A stretch of DNA of 42,865 nucleotides from a virus (Duplodnaviria > Caudoviricetes): positions 1 through 42,865 of the IMG/VR virus record IMGVR_UViG_3300010361_000764. One strand, given 5' to 3'. Each line of letters starts with the position of its first letter. The stretch's first letter is position 1. Under the pieces are notes generated by a model. It had not been told where the DNA came from and searched no databases. It saw nothing but the letters and a program-made list of their open reading frames with translations. The position numbers and the translations under genes were made by a program. Of this stretch, positions 35,694 to 42,865 are shown in pieces.

Positions 35694-35948
35694 TTACGAA
35701 AGAACCCCCGCCTCCCTCAGGTAAGCCCGTGCCATCTCCAAATGACGCGGGGTCACCTCAACGTGCCGGCCACCCCCGTTGGTGCGGGGCTGCCACACAT
35801 CCTCGCCGTCGGCGCCCGGGGAGTACCCCACCCGTGACCCGTCGTTGAAGTACACGTACCCGAACGAATCCGGGCCCGTTGGAGTGCCGGAACGGTCATC
35901 CATGTCCTCGATCACCAGTTCGGTGACCGGTCGCCTGCCCTCAGCCAC
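35694..35948 (-). CDS. Hypothetical protein
   Basis: GTG after GGGAAGGGAAACGGGAAA. Confidence 0.6.
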   Translation of the reverse strand: MAEGRRPVTELVIEDMDDRSGTPTGPDSFGYVYFNDGSRVGYSPGADGEDVWQPRTNGGGRHVEVTPRHLEMARAYLREAGVLS

Positions 35949-36000
35949 TTTCCCGTTTCCCTTCCCTGTTTCGTTCTTTCCCGAACCCTGCACTGTGTGA

Positions 36001-36027
36001 AACACCCTACGGCGCCGGCGTCATTCC
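36001..36027 (-). promoter_or_regulatory. Promoter motif (GGAAT-N19-GTT with overlapping TAGGGT)
   Basis: GGAATGACGCCGGCGCCGTAGGGTGTT. Confidence 0.5.
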
Positions 36028-36136
36028 CTGCCAGCCGAACCGCCTCCACGCCGTGCGCCGTATCATCAGCGCCATCCACGCACGCCCGGTGACGAACGCC
36101 ACCGCGAGTGCAACACCAAGCGGCCACGTCACCATG

Positions 36137-36343
36137 TCAAATACCCTCGTCCTCGGGGTGGTTCCCGTCATCATCTACCCACCCGATGCCGGGCGCATAC
36201 CCGTATTGGCGGCCCGTGGCCGATGACTCGATGTAATCACCCTCCGCCCAACCGTCCCTGGCAGCTGCCTCTGCCTCGGAGCGGGTGCCGTAGAGGAACG
36301 GCGCATCCGCCATGTCATGCCACGCCGCCCACCGAGTTGTCAT
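36137..36343 (-). CDS. Small hypothetical protein
   Basis: GGAGGAGGAG RBS before GTG-ATG. Confidence 0.6.
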   Translation of the reverse strand: MTTRWAAWHDMADAPFLYGTRSEAEAAARDGWAEGDYIESSATGRQYGYAPGIGWVDDDGNHPEDEGI

Positions 36344-36360
36344 CACTCCTCCTCCCAGTG

Positions 36361-37104
36361 TCATTTCACTCCCTCCTTTAGCGAGGCGAGCCACGCGGCT
36401 GCCTCGGCTATGTTCCCATCGGTTAGCGCGGTGTACGGGTCAACACCTACCCCGTGCCACGGCTGGGTGATCTCCCCTGGCGTCACGTACTCCGCGAACG
36501 GCTCGTCGTCGATGACCACGAATGGCCGGCCGCATTCCGCCGCCCACGCTACTAGCGAATCAACCTTCATCGCGTTCACGTCCACGGGTGCCACCGGCAG
36601 TTCCGGGAGGCCATGCAACGGGGCTATACCCGTGTTCGCGTCACCGTTCCAGTACGTGAACCACATCAACTCGGCACCCGTATCCCCGGCCAACCTGAGG
36701 AGCTTCGCGCCGTTCGCGGGGTTCACCGTCACCCGGTAGTCCCCGGAGATGACGTTCCGCCGCACCCACCCACGGTGTGCCGCGCACCCACAGTAGGGGG
36801 GGTTGTGCCCCCGCCGCGCACGCCAGTTCAGCACGTCATCCACGTCAACCAAGATGACGGGCCGGGCAACCTTCGCCGCCTCGGCGTCCTGGCAGCCGGA
36901 ACACCACACCAACGGCTCCGCCATCCACTCGCGGGCTATCGCCCGCGTCTCGTGGGTGGCGTACCCGCCGTGGTCATCACACAACGTGACCCACTTGAGG
37001 TCACACGTATCGAATGAACCGTCACGGTTGTCGATCAACTGGATGACGGTGCCTGTCTGGCGGTTCCGTCGCTCCTCTGCAACGGCGTATCCCATCGTAC
37101 TCAC
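36361..37104 (-). CDS. HAD-family phosphatase (HAD_SAK-like, RNA-repair type) with an N-terminal Cys/His domain
   Basis: RPVILVDVDDVLN, LMWFTYW..DAN, GLPELPV, K, RPFVVIDDE motifs. Confidence 0.8.
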   Translation of the reverse strand: MSTMGYAVAEERRNRQTGTVIQLIDNRDGSFDTCDLKWVTLCDDHGGYATHETRAIAREWMAEPLVWCSGCQDAEAAKVARPVILVDVDDVLNWRARRGHNPPYCGCAAHRGWVRRNVISGDYRVTVNPANGAKLLRLAGDTGAELMWFTYWNGDANTGIAPLHGLPELPVAPVDVNAMKVDSLVAWAAECGRPFVVIDDEPFAEYVTPGEITQPWHGVGVDPYTALTDGNIAEAAAWLASLKEGVK

Positions 37105-37131
37105 GTCCTTTCGTTTCCCTACGAACGGTAA

Positions 37132-37172
37132 AACAACGAACCCCCCGCAGGTATTCCCTGCGGGGGGTTCGT
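37132..37172 (-). promoter_or_regulatory. SigR/SigH-like promoter embedded in a perfect 16-bp terminator hairpin
   Basis: ACGAACCCCCCGCAGG-GAATA-CCTGCGGGGGGTTCGT-TGTTTT contains GGAAT-N18-GTT. Confidence 0.7.
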
Positions 37173-37205
37173 ACCCTCATTGTCTAGCGGGTGACCCGCA
37201 CCCTA

Positions 37206-38285
37206 TCAGGCGATGACCAGGCGCCGCTCGAGCACCCGGTCAAGGGCATCAAGCGCCTTCTGGTCCTCTGCCGCCCGGGTACCGTCGATGAGGCCCTCGA
37301 AATGGCGTTCCATCCGGCCGCCATCCGCGCCGCGCACCGGCCGCTCCCACGTACGGTACGTGTTATCCAACTGCAGGATGCCGAACTTCGTTCCCGCCCA
37401 CGGCGCCACCTTCGAGTCCTTGAACCACAACCGCTCGAGTTCGTCACGCCGCGCCTCGCCGAGTGTCAGGCCGCGCTTCCCGCCCTTGGTGGTGACATCC
37501 TCGGGCAGGGGGTACATCTCGTCCATCCACGCCCGGAAATCGGCGTCGGTGACCTCGGTGCCCATCCACTCCTCGGCCATGACCTGGAAGTCGTCGGCTG
37601 CCTTGAGCATGAGGCCCAGCTCGAACCGCACCGCCTCCAAACGCGGCAACGAGTTACGGGTGTGCGGCACCTTTAGCCGTGTCACCGCCGATGACGCGGC
37701 CGTCGCGAGGGTGTTGTCACACACCACCGCGCCCATCCCGGTGAACCAGTTGCTCTGCATCGAACCGTCACACGATGTAGCGGCCGTCATATGCGGCTGG
37801 TAACCGAACCCCGCCACCTCGTACGTCGTCGGGAGCTTCACCTGCACCCACGCGACACCGCCGCGCCGCAGCAGACCCACCGATGACACGCCGATCTCCG
37901 TGTCACCCACCGTGCCACCAGCAGCGGCCCGCAGATCGGTGACCTGTTCGAGGGCACCTAGCGTCCACGCGGTGTAATCGTGGAACCGGTACCCCTCCTT
38001 AAACACGCCGAGGATGTCACCGTTCCGCCCGTTCACCATCGCCTTGCGGTGCGGGTCACGCCGCGTCACAGTCTCGCCGTCCTCGTTGACGTACGTCGTC
38101 TCGACGCTGCCCTCGCGGATCGGGATGGAAAGCACCCGCCGCACCTCACCAGCGGGAACCGGCCCCTCGAAGTGGGTGCCATCGGCCATGTACTCGCCAC
38201 TGTTCGCCCACCACGCCGGCCCGTTCTCGCCGGTGAACCCAACACGCACGTTCCCGCGCAGCCACTCCAACGTCTCCTTGCTCAT
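37206..38285 (-). CDS. DUF932 (phage/plasmid TIGR03299-like) protein
   Basis: ILGVFKEGY, GLLRRGGVAWVQ, TSCDGS, VVCDNTL and HTRN motifs. Confidence 0.85.
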   Translation of the reverse strand: MSKETLEWLRGNVRVGFTGENGPAWWANSGEYMADGTHFEGPVPAGEVRRVLSIPIREGSVETTYVNEDGETVTRRDPHRKAMVNGRNGDILGVFKEGYRFHDYTAWTLGALEQVTDLRAAAGGTVGDTEIGVSSVGLLRRGGVAWVQVKLPTTYEVAGFGYQPHMTAATSCDGSMQSNWFTGMGAVVCDNTLATAASSAVTRLKVPHTRNSLPRLEAVRFELGLMLKAADDFQVMAEEWMGTEVTDADFRAWMDEMYPLPEDVTTKGGKRGLTLGEARRDELERLWFKDSKVAPWAGTKFGILQLDNTYRTWERPVRGADGGRMERHFEGLIDGTRAAEDQKALDALDRVLERRLVIA

Positions 38286-38343
38286 TTCCCGTCTCCCTCG
38301 CGTTCCCTTCACCGCCACCAGTTCGCGGCGGCACGTACACGTA

Positions 38344-38369
38344 AACACCCTACCGCCCCCCCGCATTCC
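38344..38369 (-). promoter_or_regulatory. SigR/SigH-like promoter heading the leftward cluster
   Basis: GGAAT-GCGGGGGGGCGGTAGGGT(18)-GTT. Confidence 0.6.
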
Positions 38370-38538
38370 GAGCAGGGGAGAAAAACCCGGATGACCACGG
38401 CACACGCCTTCACCTACGAGGCCCCCAACGCCGGGGGTGGCACCCCCCACGTATCCTCGCCAACGCCGTGATCAACGTAGCAGACGAGACCCGCGAGACC
38501 CTCATCTCCCTCGGATGGCAACCCCCCAAGGAGGCCGC

Positions 38539-38880
38539 GTGACTACCCCCGGGTACGGCATCCCCCCCTACGAGCACAACCCCACCCAAGTCCGTTACAT
38601 CCGCCCGTGTGAACACCACACCTTCGTCTGCGCGAACTGTGGCCAACCCCCCGGCGAAGATGACAAGGCGCGCATCAAACGCGAAGCAGCGGAACGCGAA
38701 GAACAACAACAACTAGCCGCACGGAGGCGTGAACGCAACGCCCTAGCCCAGCAAGTCTCCGACCGCCGGTACCGCGAAACAATGGAAACGTGGTACCGAG
38801 ACGACGCCAAAAACATGCCCGGGTGGATGCCCGGCACCCAACGCCCAAAAACCGGGAAACGCCGAGGCCGGGGGAAATAA
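38539..38880 (+). CDS. Hypothetical protein
   Basis: AAGGAGG RBS before GTG; C.H...CANCG motif and coiled coil. Confidence 0.6.
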   Translation: MTTPGYGIPPYEHNPTQVRYIRPCEHHTFVCANCGQPPGEDDKARIKREAAEREEQQQLAARRRERNALAQQVSDRRYRETMETWYRDDAKNMPGWMPGTQRPKTGKRRGRGK

Positions 38881-38882
38881 CA

Positions 38883-39428
38883 ATGGCCGTTTACGCCGAC
38901 CCCGTAGCCGAACGCCTCAACACCACCCTCACCAAAGGCCTCGGCGCGTGGGTCGGCGAACAACGCGGCGCACACGGCGAATGGGCAAAAACCCTCGCCG
39001 ATAAAATAGACAAAGAAGTCCCCGGCGAGCGCCAAAACTTCCGCACCGGCGGATTCGCCCAACACGAAGCCTCGAAATACCACGCCCGCCAAGCATCAGC
39101 AGCGCTACGAGAAGGCCGCATCCACGACGCAGGCACCCACCTCGCCGCCGCCAAAGAAGCCGCAGCCAAATACACCGCATCCCTATCCGGCGCAGATAAA
39201 CGCGACCTCGGCAAAGACGCCAAACACCGCGAACACGCCCTCGAAGACGCCCTCGACACGTGGAACGCCAACCACACCAGGACACCAGACTTCCACCGCA
39301 CCGAAGAACTAGAACACGAAACCGCAGGTCACGCCCAAACCCCAGAAACCATCACCATCGAAACGCAACGCGCTGGGCAACGCGCCTACGAACACCGCCA
39401 CGACACCTCCATCGCACCGATGGCATAG
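38883..39428 (+). CDS. Hypothetical helical protein
   Basis: ATG 2 nt after the upstream stop. Confidence 0.6.
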   Translation: MAVYADPVAERLNTTLTKGLGAWVGEQRGAHGEWAKTLADKIDKEVPGERQNFRTGGFAQHEASKYHARQASAALREGRIHDAGTHLAAAKEAAAKYTASLSGADKRDLGKDAKHREHALEDALDTWNANHTRTPDFHRTEELEHETAGHAQTPETITIETQRAGQRAYEHRHDTSIAPMA

Positions 39429-39433
39429 GGGGA

Positions 39434-39691
39434 ATGCACGTGAAACTATGGGGCAACACCTACTGGCCCGCATGGCTCGCCCTGCTGCTAGTGACATTCC
39501 TCCCAGCCGAAATCTACGGCCTCGCCACAGGGGGGAAAAACACCCTCAGCGAATGGGTATGGCGCACCCTCAAGGTCACCGCCGATGAATCATTCTGGAA
39601 GTTCTCCGCCACCGATTACCTCGTGTTCGGTACGTGGATCGTGCTGGTGTCATGGTTGACCCTGCACTTCTTTCTCCACAAATTCACGTGA
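39434..39691 (+). CDS. Small 2-TM membrane protein
   Basis: W..WL...E..GL.....TLSEWVW...WLTLHF. Confidence 0.65.
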   Translation: MHVKLWGNTYWPAWLALLLVTFLPAEIYGLATGGKNTLSEWVWRTLKVTADESFWKFSATDYLVFGTWIVLVSWLTLHFFLHKFT

Positions 39692-40208
39692 CGTGAACCA
39701 GGCGGCACCGTTCCGTACGCCCCTTCGACGTGTTACACCGCGCACACAACGCCTGGAACCCGCCGGGGAACCCGTTAGCAATAAGCCACCGGTACATGTC
39801 GCCCGCCGAATTAGCCCCGATCTCCGCGCGATGCTCCAGACCGTTACCCGCTACGTGATCAATACCGATACGCTCGCCGCTACCACAACAGGCGCATGAC
39901 CACCCGTAGTGATCGAACACAGCCTTACGCACACGCCTATGCGTCTCGTGGGCGTATGCGCATAGCTCCGCCGCGCGCACCCGGTAGCACGCGGCGGCCT
40001 CCTCGGGGTGATCTAGCCGCCACTGCCGCGCGTAGTCACGCTTCCGCGCACGTTCCCGTTCCAGGTTGCCCTCGCGGTACAGGCGGCACGCCGCACGGTT
40101 ACACACCTTGCAACCCAACGTCAGGCCGTCTTTGCGTGCCCGGTTCACGTTGAACTCGGTGACATCCTTCCACGCGCCACACGAATTACACCGGCGTTGG
40201 CCGCTCAT
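39684..40208 (-). CDS. HNH endonuclease with N-terminal Zn finger
   Basis: CNSC...CKVC; CACCG...IDHV...LCARCNTSKG. Confidence 0.85.
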   Translation of the reverse strand: MSGQRRCNSCGAWKDVTEFNVNRARKDGLTLGCKVCNRAACRLYREGNLERERARKRDYARQWRLDHPEEAAACYRVRAAELCAYAHETHRRVRKAVFDHYGWSCACCGSGERIGIDHVAGNGLEHRAEIGANSAGDMYRWLIANGFPGGFQALCARCNTSKGRTERCRLVHVT

Positions 40209-40609
40209 CGTGCCCGCGTGTCACACCCTGCGCAATTTCGCTTAGCCATATGTTCCTCCAGGGCGGCCACCCGCATCGACGGGTACAACCGCGTCACCTC
40301 GTCGGTGAACCCCACACGGCGCTGGTTGCGGTCCTTGTGAATGAGGTGACCGCCTACGAACCATCCCCAGCGGCGCGTGTCGGCGAGGAACGCTACCCGA
40401 TCTGGGTCATCCCCTTGTGTTGTGTTGACCGCGTTCATCGGGGAGGTGGCTACGCACTGGGCATGCCCTTTCCCCCAGTCGTCCTTGCCACCGCCGAACC
40501 GTATGAGTTGGATGGGGTCACCCATTTCGTACCGTTCGTTGCATACCCAGCAGTAGTTGGGCTTTTCGGCTGCGCCGGGGGGGCCGATGACATCGAATCG
40601 TTTCGTCAT
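40205..40609 (-). CDS. Hypothetical Zn-binding protein
   Basis: CWVC...HAQC and C-terminal CAGC; stop overlaps the HNH start. Confidence 0.55.
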   Translation of the reverse strand: MTKRFDVIGPPGAAEKPNYCWVCNERYEMGDPIQLIRFGGGKDDWGKGHAQCVATSPMNAVNTTQGDDPDRVAFLADTRRWGWFVGGHLIHKDRNQRRVGFTDEVTRLYPSMRVAALEEHMAKRNCAGCDTRAR

Positions 40610-40685
40610 GCGGATCAGCCTAACCGGCGCCGCACCCACACGCCCGCCGCGCCGCAACCTAGGCGCGGCGCATGAACACCTAGGG

Positions 40686-41276
40686 ATGAACATGACCAGA
40701 CCATCCGACGCACGCATCCGAGACACCCTCGCCCTCGAAATGCGCAGAGACCACATCGGCTACCGAGAAATCGCCACATCAATGGGCTACGCAGGCCCAT
40801 CCGGCGCCTACGCAGCAGTACAACGCGCCCTCACCGATATCCAAGCCGAAGCCGGCAACGAAGTCAGAGCCGTAGAACTAGAACGCCTAGACCGCCTAGC
40901 ACAATGCGCACAAGCAATCCTCGATAGGGAACACTTCGCGTATTCCACCGGCAGCGGCAAAGTCATCACCGACCCCGAGACCGGCGAAAAATACATCGAC
41001 GAGGCACCCGCCCTCGCCGCGATGGACCGCCTCCTAAAAATCATGGACCGCCGCGCCAAATACCTCGGCCTAGATGCCCCTACACGCGCGAATGTTGAGG
41101 TTACCACCGTTGACTCCTTCGACGCCAAGCTCCGCCGCCTGGTTGACGAAATGGCGGAGCTGGACGAAGCCGCAACGGGAATGGCTCCTAGCGAAACTGG
41201 AACCGGCGGAACGCCTGGTGTTCATGGAGGCGATCAAAGCGGAAGCGGTAGCAACCCTGGGCCGCCCGTGGCATAA
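40686..41276 (+). CDS. terS: Terminase small subunit (HTH)
   Basis: ALEMR..GYREIA..MGY, ELERLDRL, RLLKIMDRRAKYLGLDAP; directly upstream of TerL. Confidence 0.8.
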   Translation: MNMTRPSDARIRDTLALEMRRDHIGYREIATSMGYAGPSGAYAAVQRALTDIQAEAGNEVRAVELERLDRLAQCAQAILDREHFAYSTGSGKVITDPETGEKYIDEAPALAAMDRLLKIMDRRAKYLGLDAPTRANVEVTTVDSFDAKLRRLVDEMAELDEAATGMAPSETGTGGTPGVHGGDQSGSGSNPGPPVA

Positions 41277-42603
41277 CACCGCCCGCACCAAGCAACTGCC
41301 CCCGGATCACCCCCGCCACCACGAACCAGACGGCAAGGGGTATAAATGCGGGTGTGACGCCCCCGATCATGAATGGTCGGTGTGGCTGTTGATGTCGGGG
41401 CGCGGATTCGGGAAAACCTGGATCGGCTCGAATTGGCTTGTTGAACAGGCCGTTAAATACCCCGGCACTGAATGGGCGGTGCTGGCACCAACGTTCCGTG
41501 ACGTACGCAAAACGTGCACCGAGGGGCCTACGGGTATTCTTCGCGCGTTCGGGCCCGGCGAGTTGGGTACATACAGGCGTAACGAAGCCCAGATCATCTT
41601 GGCTAACGGCTCCAAGATTTACGGGTTCAGTGCTGATGAGCCGGAACGGTTGCGGGGCGCGAACCTCAGTGGTGCTTGGGCCGATGAGCTGGGGTCTTGG
41701 CGGTATTCGGAGACGTGGACAGCGGGCCTTATGCCCGCCCTGCGCATCGGGACGCACCCCCGCATCGTGGTCACCACCACCCCCCGGCCCACCCCGTTGA
41801 TTCGTTCCCTCGTGAAACGCGAATCCGGGTCGGTGCATGTTACGCGGGGGTCTACGTGGGAAAACGCAGATAACCTCTCCGAGGTCGCGTTGGCTGAACT
41901 GGAATTCCAGTACTCCGGGTCACGCCTCGGCCGCCAGGAGCTAGAGGGCGAGCTCCTCGAAGACGTAGAGGGCGCTTTGTGGTCACGCGAGCAAATAGAC
42001 GCCCTCCGCATCAGGGCCGATGAGCTGCCAGAAGATTTGCATCGTGTCGTTGTCGGCTACGACCCGGCGGTGACCTCCGGCGAAGACAGTGACTGGACAG
42101 GCATCATTGTCATGGCCGAAGGACCCGGGATGAAGGGGTACGTGCTCGCCGATTACACGATGAAGGGCTCCCCGGAGGCGTGCATGCGCCGCGCGGTGAA
42201 CGCCTACCACGAATTCAAAGCAGATTGCATCGTCGCCGAGGTGAATAACGGCGGTGACTACATCCGCGCACAGTTGCGTGTCACCGACCCGTCTGTGCCG
42301 TTTAAAACGGTGCGGGCCACGCGGGGGAAACTATTGCGCGCCCAACCCCTGTCTGCTATTTACGAACAGGGGCGGGTTCATCACGCCGGCTCGTTCCCGA
42401 TGCTTGAGGACCAGATGGTGTCATGGGTGCCTGAATCAACGGAGTCACCGGACCGCCTTGACGCATTGGTGTGGGCATCAGCGGAATTGAAAGGCCTTTT
42501 CGAGGCGTCTTGGGCGGCTGCGTTCGGGTTGGAGCGGTGCCCGAAATGCGATAGGGTGACCCGGAATTCGCGGTGTGAATACTGCGGGTACGTCAACGCC
42601 TAG
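41143..42603 (+). CDS. terL: Terminase large subunit
   Basis: Walker A GRGFGKT, ERLRG, Walker B AWADE, TTTP, VGYDPA, EVNNGG, SPDRLDALVW; start uncertain (41074, 41143 or 41224). Confidence 0.95.
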   Translation: MTKWRSWTKPQREWLLAKLEPAERLVFMEAIKAEAVATLGRPWHNTARTKQLPPDHPRHHEPDGKGYKCGCDAPDHEWSVWLLMSGRGFGKTWIGSNWLVEQAVKYPGTEWAVLAPTFRDVRKTCTEGPTGILRAFGPGELGTYRRNEAQIILANGSKIYGFSADEPERLRGANLSGAWADELGSWRYSETWTAGLMPALRIGTHPRIVVTTTPRPTPLIRSLVKRESGSVHVTRGSTWENADNLSEVALAELEFQYSGSRLGRQELEGELLEDVEGALWSREQIDALRIRADELPEDLHRVVVGYDPAVTSGEDSDWTGIIVMAEGPGMKGYVLADYTMKGSPEACMRRAVNAYHEFKADCIVAEVNNGGDYIRAQLRVTDPSVPFKTVRATRGKLLRAQPLSAIYEQGRVHHAGSFPMLEDQMVSWVPESTESPDRLDALVWASAELKGLFEASWAAAFGLERCPKCDRVTRNSRCEYCGYVNA

Positions 42604-42791
42604 CCCACGGCAACAATGGGGTGGTCGTGACGGTGGTGCCAGTGACCGCAATCCGGGGGGCACAAACGCCGTGTCCACGGCAGGTCGTTCCGCGTGAAAT
42701 CCTCCCAGCAACACGTCCACGCATAATCAGGCGCGCCGGCCATTACCAACAGGCCGCCGGCTATGCGCGCAAGGGCGCTAGCGCGGTCCAT
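42600..42791 (-). CDS. Possible small Cys/His-rich protein
   Basis: 63-aa ORF convergent with terL. Confidence 0.3.
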   Translation of the reverse strand: MDRASALARIAGGLLVMAGAPDYAWTCCWEDFTRNDLPWTRRLCPPDCGHWHHRHDHPIVAVG

Positions 42792-42865
42792 GAACCGCTT
42801 TGATGTGCTGGTTTAGCGTAGCCGATGACGTGAACGTGCCCCCGTCATAAGCGCAGATGGGGCAC

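Noticed and set aside
1-42865. Retron, diversity-generating retroelement or group I/II intron as the explanation for the structured RNAs
   Set aside because: No reverse transcriptase motif, no TR/VR pair and no interrupted gene were seen.

Overview
This is a high-GC (actinobacterial) tailed-phage or prophage segment. It runs from the lysis cassette (holin-like protein, GH25-like endolysin, holin) through a leftward accessory arm, a recombination/replication module (YqaJ exonuclease, RecT-like annealase, VRR-NUC, replication initiator with internal 12-bp iterons, helicase loader, DnaB-like helicase), morons and a putative virion-accessory cassette, and ends at HNH, small terminase and large terminase genes. 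The main observation is an RNA-centred system in the left arm: a Ro60/Rsr (TROVE-vWA) gene plus five dispersed minus-strand Y-RNA-like genes, each with a Ro-type bulged-C terminal helix. Three carry a circularly permuted tRNA core (YrlA-like). Two of these also keep an anticodon arm at canonical spacing, and one is a near-complete permuted tRNA-Cys (GCA loop, U at the discriminator position). The two short copies carry only an anticodon-loop-like segment. The window also holds tRNA-Arg(ACG), an initiator-type tRNA-Met, a tRNA-like element with a collapsed anticodon arm, a metallophosphoesterase and a HAD phosphatase of the RNA-repair type. A second pattern is eight minus-strand GGAAT-N17-19-GTT (SigR/SigH-like) promoter motifs, three of them built into terminator hairpins. 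All calls were made by eye with no database searches, so family names are motif-based and several start codons are estimates.
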